Positions 28,497 through 40,713 of a stretch of DNA of 64,000 nt are shown one piece after another. The position numbers were made by a program, and so were the translations under genes. The stretch covers positions 1 to 64,000 of the forward strand of contig JBBDYJ010000030.1 in the NCBI GenBank assembly GCA_040901675.1. The letters are read 5' to 3'. The stretch's first letter is position 1, and each line of letters begins with the position of its first letter. The notes under the pieces were generated by a model. It was given only the letters and a program-made list of their open reading frames with translations. It made no database searches and was not told the DNA's origin. The DNA is from Pirellulales bacterium (GTDB lineage: Bacteria > Planctomycetota > Planctomycetia > Pirellulales > JAICIG01).

Positions 28497-30032
28497 TCAG
28501 AACGGCAGCGCCTCTCCGCCCGTCCGGGAGGCCATCGCTTCGGCCAGTTGCCGCACTTGCCGGTCGAGGTCGGCGCACTGCCCGCCCAGCACCGGGTGGT
28601 CGGCGGCCACGGCAGCCAGCTCGTCGCAAAATCGCTGAACGACCGGCTCCAGCAGGCCGCCCTCCGGATTTCCGACGGCCTCGCGCAGGTTGCCGAAGTG
28701 CCGGTTCAGCGATTCGACCCACGGCTGGCCGGCCGGCAGCTCTTTCAACTTCAACCCCAGCTCGGAAAGGTGGGCGGCGATCCCCAGTAGCGCCAGCTCC
28801 GGCGAGCCGGCCGCCAGGTCGGCAGCGGAGAAACTTTGTTGCCACGTTTCGCTGGAGACATCCTGCCCCTTGGCGGCGCTGCGGGCCGCCCACTCGGCGT
28901 TGAATTTGCGGTTGAACTCCTCCATCTCCAGCCGCTCGGCCTCCCACTCGTCGCGCGAGAGGTGAAACGCAAACGGAAACTCGTCGTCCATGTTGCAGCC
29001 GTCCAGGTGCACGAAGCAGGGGCCGAGATCGTCGGCCATCATCTGGCACATCGGACAATCGTCGTCGATCATCGCCTCGGCCCCCGAGACCGCCAGCGGG
29101 ATGCGCCGCCGCTCCAGCTCGATTACCTCCAGCGGCGTCAACCCCTGCACGCGCGGCGTGTCGAGCCACTGCCGCCGCGCCTCTTCCAGGCGGGCGGCCA
29201 GCTCAGCCGCGTCGGCAGCCGGCTGCCCTGCCTCGCTGTACAACCATTGCCGGGCCGACTCCAACACGTGCCGCAGCAGCTCGTAATACAGGACCACTTC
29301 GTGCGTGCCGCAGCCGCCGTAGCGATAGGCGGCCGACTCCAGCGGCAGTCCCGGCGGCGCGGCGCCGAGCTTCGACCAGGTGAGGGCCTGGTCCTCCAGG
29401 TCCCAGACAATCGCCCGGCGCCGCTCCAGCAGCAGCTCGCGCGAAGTCCGGCCGCCGAGATCGTCGCGAGGCGTCATCAGCCAGGCGGCATGGATTGCGG
29501 CGATCGACGCGTCGGTCCAATCGGCCCGCGCCGCCAGGCACTGCTGGGCGAGATGGCCTGCCACTTTGCCGTACAGGACCGCGCGGAAATCGAGCGGCGG
29601 CTGCGCCAAGCGCTCTGCCCGCCGCTGGCCCGCCAGGCTGCTCCAGCCCTCCATGCCGGTGATCAGCCACGCGTCGGAAAGGTGGTATCTAAGGTGGATA
29701 TCGTCCGGCGAGCTGGGATCATGGTAGCTGACCGCTCCCTCTTGCTCTGGCGGCGGCCCCCAGGTCGACTCCCAGGCCGCCAGCCGTGCCGCCAGGTCGA
29801 TGACGCACACGCCTCCGTCCCACGGCTCGTCGCAGACGCCGGACGACCATCCCTCGAAGAAGCCGCGCGTGCCGTCGCGGCGGACATAGCGCTCGATGGC
29901 CGCGTCCAGATCGGCCAGCGACTCCGGGTCGGCCGCCAGTGCCGCCACGGCCGCATCGGCCAATTCGCCGTGCACGCGGGCATGGCGTGCCTCGTTGGCA
30001 TCGACAATCGACAGCGTCATCTGGTCGCCCAT
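28497..30032 (-). CDS. Hypothetical protein with two MbcA/ParS-like W..TP..G.T motifs and a CxxC
   Basis: Long ORF with GGAGG ribosome-binding site; WLMTPRDDLGGRTSRELL, WLDTPRVQGLTPLEVI, DDCPMCQ. Confidence 0.75.
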   Translation of the reverse strand: MGDQMTLSIVDANEARHARVHGELADAAVAALAADPESLADLDAAIERYVRRDGTRGFFEGWSSGVCDEPWDGGVCVIDLAARLAAWESTWGPPPEQEGAVSYHDPSSPDDIHLRYHLSDAWLITGMEGWSSLAGQRRAERLAQPPLDFRAVLYGKVAGHLAQQCLAARADWTDASIAAIHAAWLMTPRDDLGGRTSRELLLERRRAIVWDLEDQALTWSKLGAAPPGLPLESAAYRYGGCGTHEVVLYYELLRHVLESARQWLYSEAGQPAADAAELAARLEEARRQWLDTPRVQGLTPLEVIELERRRIPLAVSGAEAMIDDDCPMCQMMADDLGPCFVHLDGCNMDDEFPFAFHLSRDEWEAERLEMEEFNRKFNAEWAARSAAKGQDVSSETWQQSFSAADLAAGSPELALLGIAAHLSELGLKLKELPAGQPWVESLNRHFGNLREAVGNPEGGLLEPVVQRFCDELAAVAADHPVLGGQCADLDRQVRQLAEAMASRTGGEALPF

Positions 30033-30217
30033 GGTTTCCCTCCGCAATTTGGCGTAAAAAGCCGGCCCGCCCCAGCGCCCGCAGGCAGGGATTCGGCGAG
30101 CCTCCAAGGCGATCCACCCTTAATACGTCTCGATTTCCGCCGGCTCGACGCCGAGCACCTTGGCAATGGTCGAAAGCGTCTTGCCGTGCACCGAGTTCAC
30201 CTTGCCCTGTTCGATCC

Positions 30218-30298
30218 CAGACACGGCCGGATCTTCGAGCCCGTGCGATCGCTATACGGGTAGTCGACGAGAACGACGTCGGCTCGGCGGACTCTCAT
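30218..30298 (-). pseudogene. Truncated PemK/MazF toxin N-terminus (not in ORF track)
   Basis: Hand translation MRVRRADVVLVDYPYSDRTGSKIRPCL fits the R.D.V.V..P......K.RP motif; runs into the repeat and stops at 30197. Confidence 0.8.
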
Positions 30299-30392
30299 TG
30301 CTGTCGCCGGCGGGCCTCATCGTAGTCATCGTAGGCGTCCATTGCCGCATCGTCCCAGCCGGCGCGCCGCCCTGCCTCCCGCAGCACGGCGG
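30295..30392 (-). pseudogene. C-terminal remnant of the putative cognate antitoxin
   Basis: ...AVLREAGRRAGWDDAAMDAYDDYDEARRRQQ*, acidic tail with ATGA overlap onto the MazF start. Confidence 0.6.
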
Positions 30393-30429
30393 AGGCAGGG
30401 ATTCGGCGAGCCTCCAAGGCGATCCACCG

Positions 30430-31221
30430 TTAATAGGTCTTGATTTCCGCGGGCTCGACGCCGAGCACCTTGGCAATGGTCGAAAGCGTTTTGCCGTGCA
30501 CCGAGTTCACCTTGCCCTGTTCAATCCTGGCCAGCGTCTTGGCTGCAAGCGGCGCGAAGTCCTCGCGCCGGAGTCCTCGCTGTTTTCGTAAACGGCGGAT
30601 CGAGGCGCCCAATGTCCGTTCCGACTGCAGACGCTCCTTGGTCTTCCTCCGGCGGTATGCCGGATCAAGCTCGTACAGAATCGCGTCGCCGGCGGCTTCG
30701 TAGTTCCCCAAGCGAATCGTATGTCCATAGTCCGTTACGGCGAAGTCCTCGAAATCCGGGGAGATCTTGTCGCCCGATGGCGGGAAGGCCGAGAAAGGCA
30801 CCACCAACGAGTCGAGATTGCCCCGCCACAACGAAACCGTCTCGCTTGCTCGATCCACCGTGCCGCCGATAAACAGATCACCCCGGTTCCTGGCCGCCAG
30901 AACTTCCGCAAGCTCCTCACTCGGCAGAAAGCTGCCCATGGAGCCGAATGCGATGCGCTCAAAGCAATCCGCCAGTGCGGCCAGTGTCTCGACGGGGGGC
31001 TTGTACAGCAGCACGGCCCGCCCCAGCCGTCTCGTCGGCCAATGCACCGACTTCAACAATTGCGCCACCAGGCCCTGGTCGTCGCTGATCCACAGCGTGT
31101 CCCTTCCCACCTCCGGCAGAGAGGCGCGAATCTGGGCCCTGGACGAAACGGCCTTCGGTTCAAGGGCTCCAAATCGCTTGGCCCTTTTACGTGGCGTCAA
31201 CAGAATTGTGTTCTTCGTCAT
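30430..31221 (-). CDS. Protein with C-terminal XRE HTH and a central DUF2442-like segment (putative antitoxin)
   Basis: IRRLRKQRGLRREDF...TLARIEQG HTH; central PDF..F.VTDYG.TI. Confidence 0.7.
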   Translation of the reverse strand: MTKNTILLTPRKRAKRFGALEPKAVSSRAQIRASLPEVGRDTLWISDDQGLVAQLLKSVHWPTRRLGRAVLLYKPPVETLAALADCFERIAFGSMGSFLPSEELAEVLAARNRGDLFIGGTVDRASETVSLWRGNLDSLVVPFSAFPPSGDKISPDFEDFAVTDYGHTIRLGNYEAAGDAILYELDPAYRRRKTKERLQSERTLGASIRRLRKQRGLRREDFAPLAAKTLARIEQGKVNSVHGKTLSTIAKVLGVEPAEIKTY

Positions 31222-31510
31222 CGTCCTTTACCTGAACGCTTGAAACCGGATTATCGGGATACTTGGCGTCCCACTGCCGGCACAGCCATTCCCAGTTGCC
31301 CTTCTCTCGAATCACTTCGAGCAGCTCGTCGGGTACTTCAGACGGCTTGGGACGTCTGTCCATGAATCCGCCCGTGCGCAGATTGATCCGCCACTTGTCA
31401 GTTCCTCGGAGAATCGAGACGTGTGGCGGCTCCCTCGTTTCCTTCTCCTGAATCTTCACCTTCCAGCGGGCCTTGCTCAGCGATTTCGGCAGCGGCAGCT
31501 CGATCGGCAC
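31187..31510 (-). CDS. Small DUF4160-like protein (putative toxin)
   Basis: KVKI...E..EPPHV.I and C-terminal L...W....P.NP; overlaps the HTH gene; GGAGG ribosome-binding site. Confidence 0.6.
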   Translation of the reverse strand: MPIELPLPKSLSKARWKVKIQEKETREPPHVSILRGTDKWRINLRTGGFMDRRPKPSEVPDELLEVIREKGNWEWLCRQWDAKYPDNPVSSVQVKDDDEEHNSVDAT

Positions 31511-31631
31511 CCGTCACCTCCGAAACCCCGGCCCCTCAAGGATATGTCCCTTTTTTAATGTTGTCAATACAGGCCATTTCTTGGGAGCCGCCTACCCAGC
31601 CCGCGCCTGCATGGACAGAGCCAGCCTGCTG

Positions 31632-33062
<1,431 letters not shown>

Positions 33063-33073
33063 GGCACGATCCC

Positions 33074-36000
33074 TCAGTTCTTGGTCAGGCTCTCATCCAG
33101 GTTCAACAGCACGCGGCAGACGATCACCCAGGCCGCCGCCTCCGTCGGCGTGACGCCTTCCGGCAGATCGGGCAGTTTCGCGGGGTCGCCGGTCGTCAGG
33201 TCGCGCACCGAGAGCCAGCCGTCGGCGATGCGCGCCTTCTGCGCGTTGTACAGCGCTTCGATCTCGCTTGCCTCGGCCGGCGTCGGCTCGCGCGCGGTAC
33301 ACAGCCGGAAGGCATGGCGGAGGCGATCGGAGTTGTTGGCCCCCCCTTCATTCAGCGCTCGCAGCGCCAGGGCCCGCGCGCCTTCGGCCAGGACCGGCTC
33401 GTTCAAGGCGGCCAGGGCGGCCAGCGGCGTATTCGAGCGCATTCGGCGGGCGCAGGCCACGTCGCCGCTGGGGGCGTCGAAGCAGGCCAGCAGCGGATCG
33501 GGCATCGAGCGGCGGCGGAACATGTACAGCGACCGGCGGTAACGATCCGGAGGCGAGGCCGTGTCCCAGAAATCGACCTTGAGATAGCTCAGCGCCAGGA
33601 AGTTGTCCGGCAGCGGCGGAAAGAAGCTCGGGCCGCCCACCCGCTCGGTCAGCAGGCCGGAGGCGCTCAGCGTCAGGTCGCGGACGATCTCGGCGTCGAG
33701 CCGGAACCGCGGTCCGCGGGCGAGCAGCCGGTTTTGCGGATCCAGCTCCAACAGGTCGCCCGTGGCGCGCGAGCTCTGGCGGTAGGTCGCGGAGGTCACG
33801 ATCAAGCGAAGCAGGTGTTTGCGGCTCCAGCCCCGCTCCATGAACTCCACGGCCAGCCAGTCGAGCAGCTCCGGGTGCGACGGCGCGCTGGCCCGCACCC
33901 CAAAATCCTCGGCCGTTTCGACAAGGCCGACCCCGAACACGGCCTGCCAAACGCGGTTCACCGCGACCCGCGCCGTGGTGGGCGCGCGGCGGTCGACCAG
34001 CCACCTGGCAAACGCCAGCCGGTTCGGCCCGGCATCTTCGGCCAGCGGGTGCAGGAAGGCGGGCGTGCCCGGCGTTACCGTTTGCGTGGGATGCTGCCAG
34101 TCGCCCCGGTCGAGGATGGCCGTCTCGCGCGCGTGCTCCGGCAAGCGCTGGGCCAGGTTGAGCACCGATTCGCCCTCGGGGTAATCGGCCCACAGTTTTT
34201 CTACGGCCTCCTGGTGCGGCTTGAATTCGCCCGTGGCGGCCAGCCAGTGGCTGAACACAGCGCTCGCCTGGTCCGCGGTACGCTGGTCGGCGGGGATTTT
34301 CAGGATATCGCGGATGCGGATCGGCACGAGGTCGGCGGTCGGATCGGCGGCCGTGGTCCAGTCCAGCCTGAAGCGGCCCAGAAAGTTGTTGTGCCGTCCG
34401 TGGATGTCGGCTCCGCCATGCTTGAATCGCAGGGTGATCTTGAGCCGAGTTGCGTCGGCTGAACCGACGGGGTTGGCGAACCGCAGCGAGGCGTACGAAT
34501 CCTGGTGGCGCTGGCCAGGGCCGCGGTCGGTTCCCCAGGCGGTCGCGTCGTCGCCGTCGGTCAGAAACGCGGCCGGCCCGACTCGGCGCTTATCGTCCGC
34601 GCCCTTGCGGAAGAACTCGTCGATCGGCTGCTCCGGCAGGGCAAAATCGGCCGCGGCGCCGGCCAGCTCGACTTTTTTCCATGGCCCGGAAGGCGCGCCG
34701 GCCGGCTGCATTTCGACCACCACCTCGCTGACCGCGAACGTCCCTTTCTGGCTGCGTCCGGGGCCGCCGAACGGCAGGTCGCCATGGGTCAGCGCTACGA
34801 GGCGGACCCCGTTGATATTGGTAAACTGTGTGTCGGTCACCACGTACAGCTCGCCGTCGGTGGGGCGGAAACCGAGCGTCAGCACGGAGTTGTCCGGCAG
34901 CTTTTGAGGATGGGCCAGGCCGCCGATCCATTCGTGCTCGATCGGCACCAGCGTCTCCCAGGCGAGCTCGGTGGCCTGGACCTGTTGTTCCCATTCGGCT
35001 ATTCGCTGCGCCCAATCCGGGTGCTGCGTCTTGAATGCCGCCTCGGCGTTCTGGACACCTTCGCGAATCCGGGCAATCCGCTGGAGTTGTTCGGGCGTGT
35101 ATACCCAGCTCGTGGCCTCGTAGTCGTTGTTCAAAAACGCCAGCAGACCGTAGTACTCCTCGTGGGCGATCGGGTCGTACTTGTGGGCATGGCATTGAGC
35201 GCACTGGATCGTCAGGCCCAAAACGCTCTTGCCGATGCAATCCAGGCGGTCGAAGAGGCCTTCCATGCGGAACTGCTCGGCCAGGATGGCGCCCTCCTCG
35301 TTGACCATGCCGTTTCGCAGGAAGCCGGTGGCAACGCGGCTGTCCTGGGTGGCATCCGGCAGCAAGTCGCCCGCCAACTGCTCGATGATGAACTGGTCGT
35401 AGGGCAGGTCGGCATTGATGGCGTGGATGACCCAGTCGCGCCATAGCCACTGGTTGCGCGGCAGGTCTTTTTCATAGCCGTCGCTGTCGGCATAGCGAGC
35501 CAGGTCGAGCCAGTGCCTGGCCCACTTCTCGCCGAAATGCGCCGAGCCGAGCAGTCGCTCGACCTGGCGCTCATACGCGTCGGCCGAACTGTCGGCAAGG
35601 AACTCGTCGATCTCGCGAGGCGAGGGAACCAAGCCGATCAGATCGAGCGACAGCCGCCGCAGCAGCTTGGCGCGGTCGGCTTCCGGCGCGGGGCGCAGCC
35701 CTTCCTTCTCCAAGCGAGCCAGGACAAAACGGTCCAGGTCGCCGCGCGGCCAGGCTTCGTCGGCGACCGCGGGCGCGGCGGGCCGCTCGGGCGGTATGAA
35801 GGCCCAGTGCTCGCCGTATTCCGCGCCCGCCGCGATCCAGCGCCGCAGCCCGTCGACTTGTTCGGCGGAGAGTGGCTTGCCCGCATCGGGCGGCGGCATG
35901 CGCTCGATGGGATCCTGGCTGCTGACCCGCGCCAGCAGCAGGCTTGCGTCCGGCTTTCCGGGAATGATCGGCGGCTCGCCCGAGTCGCCTCCGGCCAGTG

Positions 36001-36220
36001 CGTCGTCGCGGCGGTCGAGCCGCAGGCCCGCCTCGCGCGTGCCCGGATCGGCGCCATGGCACTGAAAGCAATGGTCCGACAGGATCGGCCTCACGTCGCG
36101 CTGGAAATCGGGCGGCGCTTCAGGCGGTTGCGCGAAGCCGGCCCCCGCCATGCCGCACCAGGCGACCGCGGCCAGGGCGAGGCGCTTCCAAGGCAGCAGT
36201 AAGGCGGGGCTTTGGTACAT
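33074..36220 (-). CDS. Planctomycete cytochrome c / PSD1 (DUF1549 + DUF1553) protein
   Basis: [46 protein letters not shown]. Confidence 0.9.
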   Translation of the reverse strand: MYQSPALLLPWKRLALAAVAWCGMAGAGFAQPPEAPPDFQRDVRPILSDHCFQCHGADPGTREAGLRLDRRDDALAGGDSGEPPIIPGKPDASLLLARVSSQDPIERMPPPDAGKPLSAEQVDGLRRWIAAGAEYGEHWAFIPPERPAAPAVADEAWPRGDLDRFVLARLEKEGLRPAPEADRAKLLRRLSLDLIGLVPSPREIDEFLADSSADAYERQVERLLGSAHFGEKWARHWLDLARYADSDGYEKDLPRNQWLWRDWVIHAINADLPYDQFIIEQLAGDLLPDATQDSRVATGFLRNGMVNEEGAILAEQFRMEGLFDRLDCIGKSVLGLTIQCAQCHAHKYDPIAHEEYYGLLAFLNNDYEATSWVYTPEQLQRIARIREGVQNAEAAFKTQHPDWAQRIAEWEQQVQATELAWETLVPIEHEWIGGLAHPQKLPDNSVLTLGFRPTDGELYVVTDTQFTNINGVRLVALTHGDLPFGGPGRSQKGTFAVSEVVVEMQPAGAPSGPWKKVELAGAAADFALPEQPIDEFFRKGADDKRRVGPAAFLTDGDDATAWGTDRGPGQRHQDSYASLRFANPVGSADATRLKITLRFKHGGADIHGRHNNFLGRFRLDWTTAADPTADLVPIRIRDILKIPADQRTADQASAVFSHWLAATGEFKPHQEAVEKLWADYPEGESVLNLAQRLPEHARETAILDRGDWQHPTQTVTPGTPAFLHPLAEDAGPNRLAFARWLVDRRAPTTARVAVNRVWQAVFGVGLVETAEDFGVRASAPSHPELLDWLAVEFMERGWSRKHLLRLIVTSATYRQSSRATGDLLELDPQNRLLARGPRFRLDAEIVRDLTLSASGLLTERVGGPSFFPPLPDNFLALSYLKVDFWDTASPPDRYRRSLYMFRRRSMPDPLLACFDAPSGDVACARRMRSNTPLAALAALNEPVLAEGARALALRALNEGGANNSDRLRHAFRLCTAREPTPAEASEIEALYNAQKARIADGWLSVRDLTTGDPAKLPDLPEGVTPTEAAAWVIVCRVLLNLDESLTKN

Positions 36221-36439
36221 GGTGCATCGCTCGTGTGGTGATCGCCGGCCTTGCAGTCGACACGTCTTTGGCATGGAAACAGTCGCTGCCCGCTATTGGC
36301 CGATTGTACCAGTTGCCGGGCGAGGCACCATGAACGGACAGGCATTTTCACGCCCGCGATAGCCCGGTAAAGTGGTGGGGCGCATCGAATCCGGGCCGGA
36401 AGGTTGGCAACAAGCCGGTTGTCGAAGGAGAGGAGTTCC

Positions 36440-36694
36440 ATGAACATCAAGAGGATCCCACTTAGCCGGTTGGAGGCGGATCCACGCGGGACCCTAAGTG
36501 AATGTGCCGACTCCGGGCAGGCCTTCGTCATCGAGTTGCCGGACCACCGCTTGGTTGCCATCCAAGGATTGGAGCCGGCAGGAGACGACTCGCTTACCAG
36601 TGAATTGCTGGAGTCCAACGAAGCATTTCAGAACCTCGTTGCCAGGTCGAAGGCCAGCCCACGCAAACCGTTCCCCGCGGACTCCGGAGGGTAA
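36440..36694 (+). CDS. Small Phd/YefM-like antitoxin-type protein
   Basis: AGGAG ribosome-binding site; N-terminal strand-helix-helix-strand pattern (I.LS.LE....GTL..C...GQ..VI); acidic C-half. Confidence 0.5.
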   Translation: MNIKRIPLSRLEADPRGTLSECADSGQAFVIELPDHRLVAIQGLEPAGDDSLTSELLESNEAFQNLVARSKASPRKPFPADSGG

Positions 36695-36761
36695 GGAATG
36701 GCGACAGAATCGCCAGTCACTTTCAGCTCACAAGTCGAAGGAATTGGACACGGAGTGAGGC

Positions 36762-37097
36762 ATGGTGTACAGCGAAGCGCTGGCCGAACGGATCCGCAAA
36801 CTCGTCGCCGGCCGAAAGGGCGTTGAAGAGAAAAAAATGTTCGGCGGGGTCGGCTTCCTGCTCTACGGAAACATCTGCGTCGGCGTGTGGAAGACTTCGC
36901 TCATCGCCCGGCTCGGTCCGGATGCAGCGGCAGACGCGCTGGAGGAGCCACACGTCCGGCGGTTCGATATCACGGGACGGGCCATGAAAGGCTGGGTCCT
37001 CGTCGACGCGGAAGGCTTCGAGGCGGATTCCCAGTTGCACCGCTGGATCGAACGCGCCGAGGATTTTGTCTCTCGGCTGCCGCCCAAGGGCCGATGA
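36762..37097 (+). CDS. TfoX/Sxy N-terminal domain protein
   Basis: EKKMFGG..FL..GN.C.GV; GRAMKGWV.V. Confidence 0.85.
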   Translation: MVYSEALAERIRKLVAGRKGVEEKKMFGGVGFLLYGNICVGVWKTSLIARLGPDAAADALEEPHVRRFDITGRAMKGWVLVDAEGFEADSQLHRWIERAEDFVSRLPPKGR

Positions 37098-37120
37098 GGC
37101 GCCGGACAATAGCGGGAATG

Positions 37121-37150
37121 GACCGCATGAATGCGGTCACTACGAGCCCA
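37121..37150 (-). repeat. GTAG-type REP, family A
   Basis: Reverse complement TGGGCTCGTAGTGACCGCATTCATGCGGTC; further copies at 55805-55862. Confidence 0.8.
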
Positions 37151-37473
37151 GTCGTCACCCTCCCCATTTGCTTGCCTGCGGGCAATCGGCGCCGATAAAA
37201 TCCGTCTTCTCAGAAGCCCATGACGGGGAAAGGCCCGCGCACACGCGGAGCGGAGGAACGGCGATGCGAAACAGCGTCGAACCTGAAAGATTCTCACGGC
37301 CTGAAAGATTCACGGATAGGCATTCGGGTCTTCGACAGCGATTCCTTCAGCATGGGCGGCAGAATTCAATTCCTGGTCAGCCGACACGACAGTGAGCGGC
37401 GATAGTTTTCCAGCGGCCCAACGACCGCTTCCGGCGGTGCACGCCAATTTGCTAAGCATCAATTTGCTAAGTA

Positions 37474-38616
37474 TCAAAGAGGGACGCCTGTGCCTCCATC
37501 GGCCGATGATGGGTGCAGCATGAGACTATGCGCCTCGCCCCAAGTCGGCGGTTCGCACTTGTCGGCAAGCTCGCGGATGACGTGCTCCGGCACCGGCCGT
37601 TCACGCCGCCTGTTCTGGCCGAAGATCACCGGCAGGGGCGGTTCAACGTACACGATTTCGATCCGGGCACCGTAATCTGCAAATAGATTGATCCAGCGCT
37701 GCCGGGTTTGACGCAACAAGTTTGTGGCGCTGAAGGCGAACGACTGGCGCGATCGTAGCAATTCACGGCAGCGCTGGCGCGCTAATTGGACGACATCGCC
37801 TTGATTGTCGGTTGCTTCGACGTTGAGCTCCGCTCGAACGTCGTCGAGCGAAACGACCGGCAGACCGGGGCGGTTCGTCGCCAGCCACGTGTCCTTGCCG
37901 CTGCCGGGAAGACCCGACATCACGGTCACCGTGCAACGGTAGTCCTCGTAGGGTACGAAGTGCAGGTCCGGTTCCCGCTGCCGGTAGAACAAAAACCGGG
38001 CATGATCGTTGGCAAACGGGTAAGGTCTGTCGAAGCAGCGGTTCTCGCAGGCAACCAGCTTCCAGAAGTGCAGGTTCTCCTCGGGACGACCCATGTCGGC
38101 CGTCTTGCGGCCGCGGGTATCGGCCAGGGCAAACAGGTAGAGCAGCCTGTTGCTGAGCCACCAAGACAACGACACGACCTCGTGATTCGGATCGTTCTTT
38201 TCGAGCAGGAAAGCCGGGCGGCCGTGGAACCGGATCAACCGGGCGATCTCTTCTCGTGTGGTCAGATCACAGCCCGCGTCACGCAGCACCGACCGGGCAA
38301 GGTGTTCGCCCTTGATGGCGTGCTTCGGTGATTGGATTCGCCCCGTCGTCGGATCGGTCTGCGACGTCAGGGGTTTCCCCGCATCGTGAAACAGGGCCGT
38401 AAAGATGAGCAGTGTCCGTTCTCGCGAGCTCAGCGTCGGCCAGTCGTCAAGCTGTGGAAGTTGTGCGCAGACCATCTGAGTGTGGGTCCAGACATCTCCT
38501 TCGGAATGCCACCCGGCATCCTGCTGGCAGGCGGCCATCGCCCGGCACCATGGCTGATCGTTGGCCCATGCCACGATGTCGGCGGGGGATGCCTTTGAAA
38601 GTTCGGCCCACGTCAT
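37474..38616 (-). CDS. HD phosphoesterase fused to P-loop kinase (HD-Pnk-like RNA end-healing enzyme)
   Basis: [17 protein letters not shown], Walker [10 protein letters not shown]. Confidence 0.85.
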   Translation of the reverse strand: MTWAELSKASPADIVAWANDQPWCRAMAACQQDAGWHSEGDVWTHTQMVCAQLPQLDDWPTLSSRERTLLIFTALFHDAGKPLTSQTDPTTGRIQSPKHAIKGEHLARSVLRDAGCDLTTREEIARLIRFHGRPAFLLEKNDPNHEVVSLSWWLSNRLLYLFALADTRGRKTADMGRPEENLHFWKLVACENRCFDRPYPFANDHARFLFYRQREPDLHFVPYEDYRCTVTVMSGLPGSGKDTWLATNRPGLPVVSLDDVRAELNVEATDNQGDVVQLARQRCRELLRSRQSFAFSATNLLRQTRQRWINLFADYGARIEIVYVEPPLPVIFGQNRRRERPVPEHVIRELADKCEPPTWGEAHSLMLHPSSADGGTGVPL

Positions 38617-39353
38617 GACCAGATGTCCGCGTCGTTTCGCAACAGGTTGGATACCATCGCCTGGTGCTGCCAGTGCGTGCTCTGCTTCACTTTCTCCACG
38701 AACTCAGGCCGCACGAACTTGGTCCGACCCGTGACGTCCCCTGCCGATTCGGTTCTCAGGTACAGGCCCTCCATGAGGTTGTCGGTGCGCTTCGTCAACG
38801 GGTTCTCGAACCGGCTGTCGAAAAGCGAAGGTCCGATCAGCCCTTCGAGTCGGTCGCGCGTCAGGCTTCCGGTATGGACAACGGGCACTGTCTGGATTCC
38901 CGTCCCACCCAATAGGGCCAGCCGTCGCTCCAGACTTAGATAAACTTCGCTGTCCTTGTCGTAGACATCGAACTCGAAGAAATAATGCGGAAGCTGCCGA
39001 TAGTGGACGGAGTGCCGGGCATACATCCACTCGCCAAACAAGATGAACCGACTTTCCAGTCGCTTCTCCAGCGCGGCACGCTTCACCACCGCCCATTGCT
39101 TGAACAAGTCGTACTGGGGGTGCATTCCTTCCGTGATGAGATGGCCTCGGCACTGCAGGACCATCTTTTCATCGGTCGTGAAGTGAATGCCGACGTTCGT
39201 GCCGTCGATCTTCTCTTCCACGATCAGCGATTCATCGGCAATGAAACGGTTCGACTCCGCTTCGTCCAGATGCTTGTCGTCGGGCGTCCCGGTCGAACCG
39301 AACAGATGAGGGGTCCTCGGGTACTTGACGAACTCGTCACGTGAGCTGCCCAT
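38613..39353 (-). CDS. ATP-dependent RNA ligase family protein (Rnl2-like)
   Basis: [16 protein letters not shown] (KxDG), GEW, F.FD, EG, KFVR..F; ATGA-coupled to the HD-kinase gene. Confidence 0.85.
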   Translation of the reverse strand: MGSSRDEFVKYPRTPHLFGSTGTPDDKHLDEAESNRFIADESLIVEEKIDGTNVGIHFTTDEKMVLQCRGHLITEGMHPQYDLFKQWAVVKRAALEKRLESRFILFGEWMYARHSVHYRQLPHYFFEFDVYDKDSEVYLSLERRLALLGGTGIQTVPVVHTGSLTRDRLEGLIGPSLFDSRFENPLTKRTDNLMEGLYLRTESAGDVTGRTKFVRPEFVEKVKQSTHWQHQAMVSNLLRNDADIWS

Positions 39354-39564
39354 GACCGGCCTCCAGTCTTTCGAACACTGCCATCTCCCGTGACGACCTG
39401 ACACCCCGCCGGCGGCCGCGGTTCGCGGCAGCCTTCCCGGCGGCCCCGCCGCAGGCGCCCGGCAGGAATCCCCTCCCTTCCTTTTTCCCGCCTCCCCTCG
39501 TCCAACTGTTACAATCCACAAGCATTCGGCCTGCCACAAGACCCGATCATGAGGTTATCCAAAC

Positions 39565-40647
39565 ATGCTAGCGATGAACCATCGTACTGGGTGGCTGCTG
39601 CTTCTGTCCTTGGCCATTGGCGGTTCTTTGGGCAGACCAGCCGAGGCGGGAGGCGACGATCCAGGCGAGATCCGGCGCCTGGAAGGGCATGCCGACAAGG
39701 TGACCAGCCTGGCGCCAGTGGGCGAAGGCCGGCTGCTCTCGGGCGGCGACGACAAGACGATGCGGCTGTGGAATCTGGAAATGGGCAAGCAACTGCGGGT
39801 CTTCGAGGGGCACACTAATTTCGTGCTCAGCGTGGCCGCCTCCGCCGACGGCCGCCGGGCGCTGTCCGGCAGCGGCGGCGAGTTCCGCAACGGCCGCTTC
39901 TCGCCCGGCTCGGACAAAACGATGCGACTCTGGGACCTGGAAACCGGCAAGGAGCTGCGCAAGTTCCCCCAGCAGGCGGCCCCCGTCTGGTGCGTCCGCT
40001 TTCTGCCGGATGGCCGGCGCGCGGTCTCGGTCAGCGGCGAAGGTGAAAATGCTTTGCGGCTCTGGGATTTGGAATCGGGGCGGGAGGTCCGCCGCATCGG
40101 CGGAAAACATTCGGGACAGGGGGTCGCGGTTTCGAGCGACGGAAAATACGTCGTCGCCGCGTCGGCCCCGCCCGACTTGAGCGTCCGCATCTGGGAGCTG
40201 GAGACGGGAGAGGAGGTCCGCCGCCTGGAAGGGCACCAGGCCGTCGTCCGCGGCGCCGACTTCTCGCCCGACGGCACTCGCATTCTCACGGGTGGCGGCA
40301 ATTTCGTCTCCGGCGGCCTTGATACTTCGATTCGGCTGTGGGACGCCGAAACAGGCCGGGAACTCCGCCGCCTGGACGGGCACGAGCAATTGGTCTGGTG
40401 CGTCGCCTTCTCACCCGACGGCCGCCGGGCCCTGTCCGGCAGCGTCGACGGCAGTGTGCGCCTTTGGGACCTGGAAACGGGCGAGCAGTTGCGCCGGTTC
40501 GACGGTCACCAGGTCATCGAGAACGATCCGCGCGTCGGCGAGCGGGCCGACGTGCGGGCCGTGCTGTTTCTGCCCGGCGGCAGCCGCGCCATCTCCGCCG
40601 GTCACGACAAGACGATCCGGGTCTGGGATCTGAAGGCAGAAGGATGA
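39565..40647 (+). CDS. Secreted WD40 repeat protein
   Basis: Signal peptide; seven GH...D.T.RLWD-type repeats. Confidence 0.9.
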   Translation: MLAMNHRTGWLLLLSLAIGGSLGRPAEAGGDDPGEIRRLEGHADKVTSLAPVGEGRLLSGGDDKTMRLWNLEMGKQLRVFEGHTNFVLSVAASADGRRALSGSGGEFRNGRFSPGSDKTMRLWDLETGKELRKFPQQAAPVWCVRFLPDGRRAVSVSGEGENALRLWDLESGREVRRIGGKHSGQGVAVSSDGKYVVAASAPPDLSVRIWELETGEEVRRLEGHQAVVRGADFSPDGTRILTGGGNFVSGGLDTSIRLWDAETGRELRRLDGHEQLVWCVAFSPDGRRALSGSVDGSVRLWDLETGEQLRRFDGHQVIENDPRVGERADVRAVLFLPGGSRAISAGHDKTIRVWDLKAEG

Positions 40648-40690
40648 AGGCAGAAGGATGAAGGCAGAAGGCAGAAGGACGAAGGAGGAA
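40631..40690 (+). repeat. Heptamer tandem repeat (GAAGGAT/GAAGGCA)n
   Basis: Direct reading; related tracts at about 56-90 and 43248-43322. Confidence 0.85.
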
Positions 40691-40713
40691 AAGCCCCGGC
40701 GCGCCGTCGGCGG

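Larger units (their letters stand above)
30083..30527. repeat. 135-bp direct repeat (30083-30217 and 30393-30527) covering the 3' end of the HTH gene
   Basis: Visual alignment, about 6 substitutions, offset 310 bp. Confidence 0.9.

Noticed and set aside
30083..30527. 135-bp repeat as a DGR pair or phage att sites
   Set aside because: Substitutions are mixed and mostly at third codon positions; no RT or integrase; only 175 bp enclosed.
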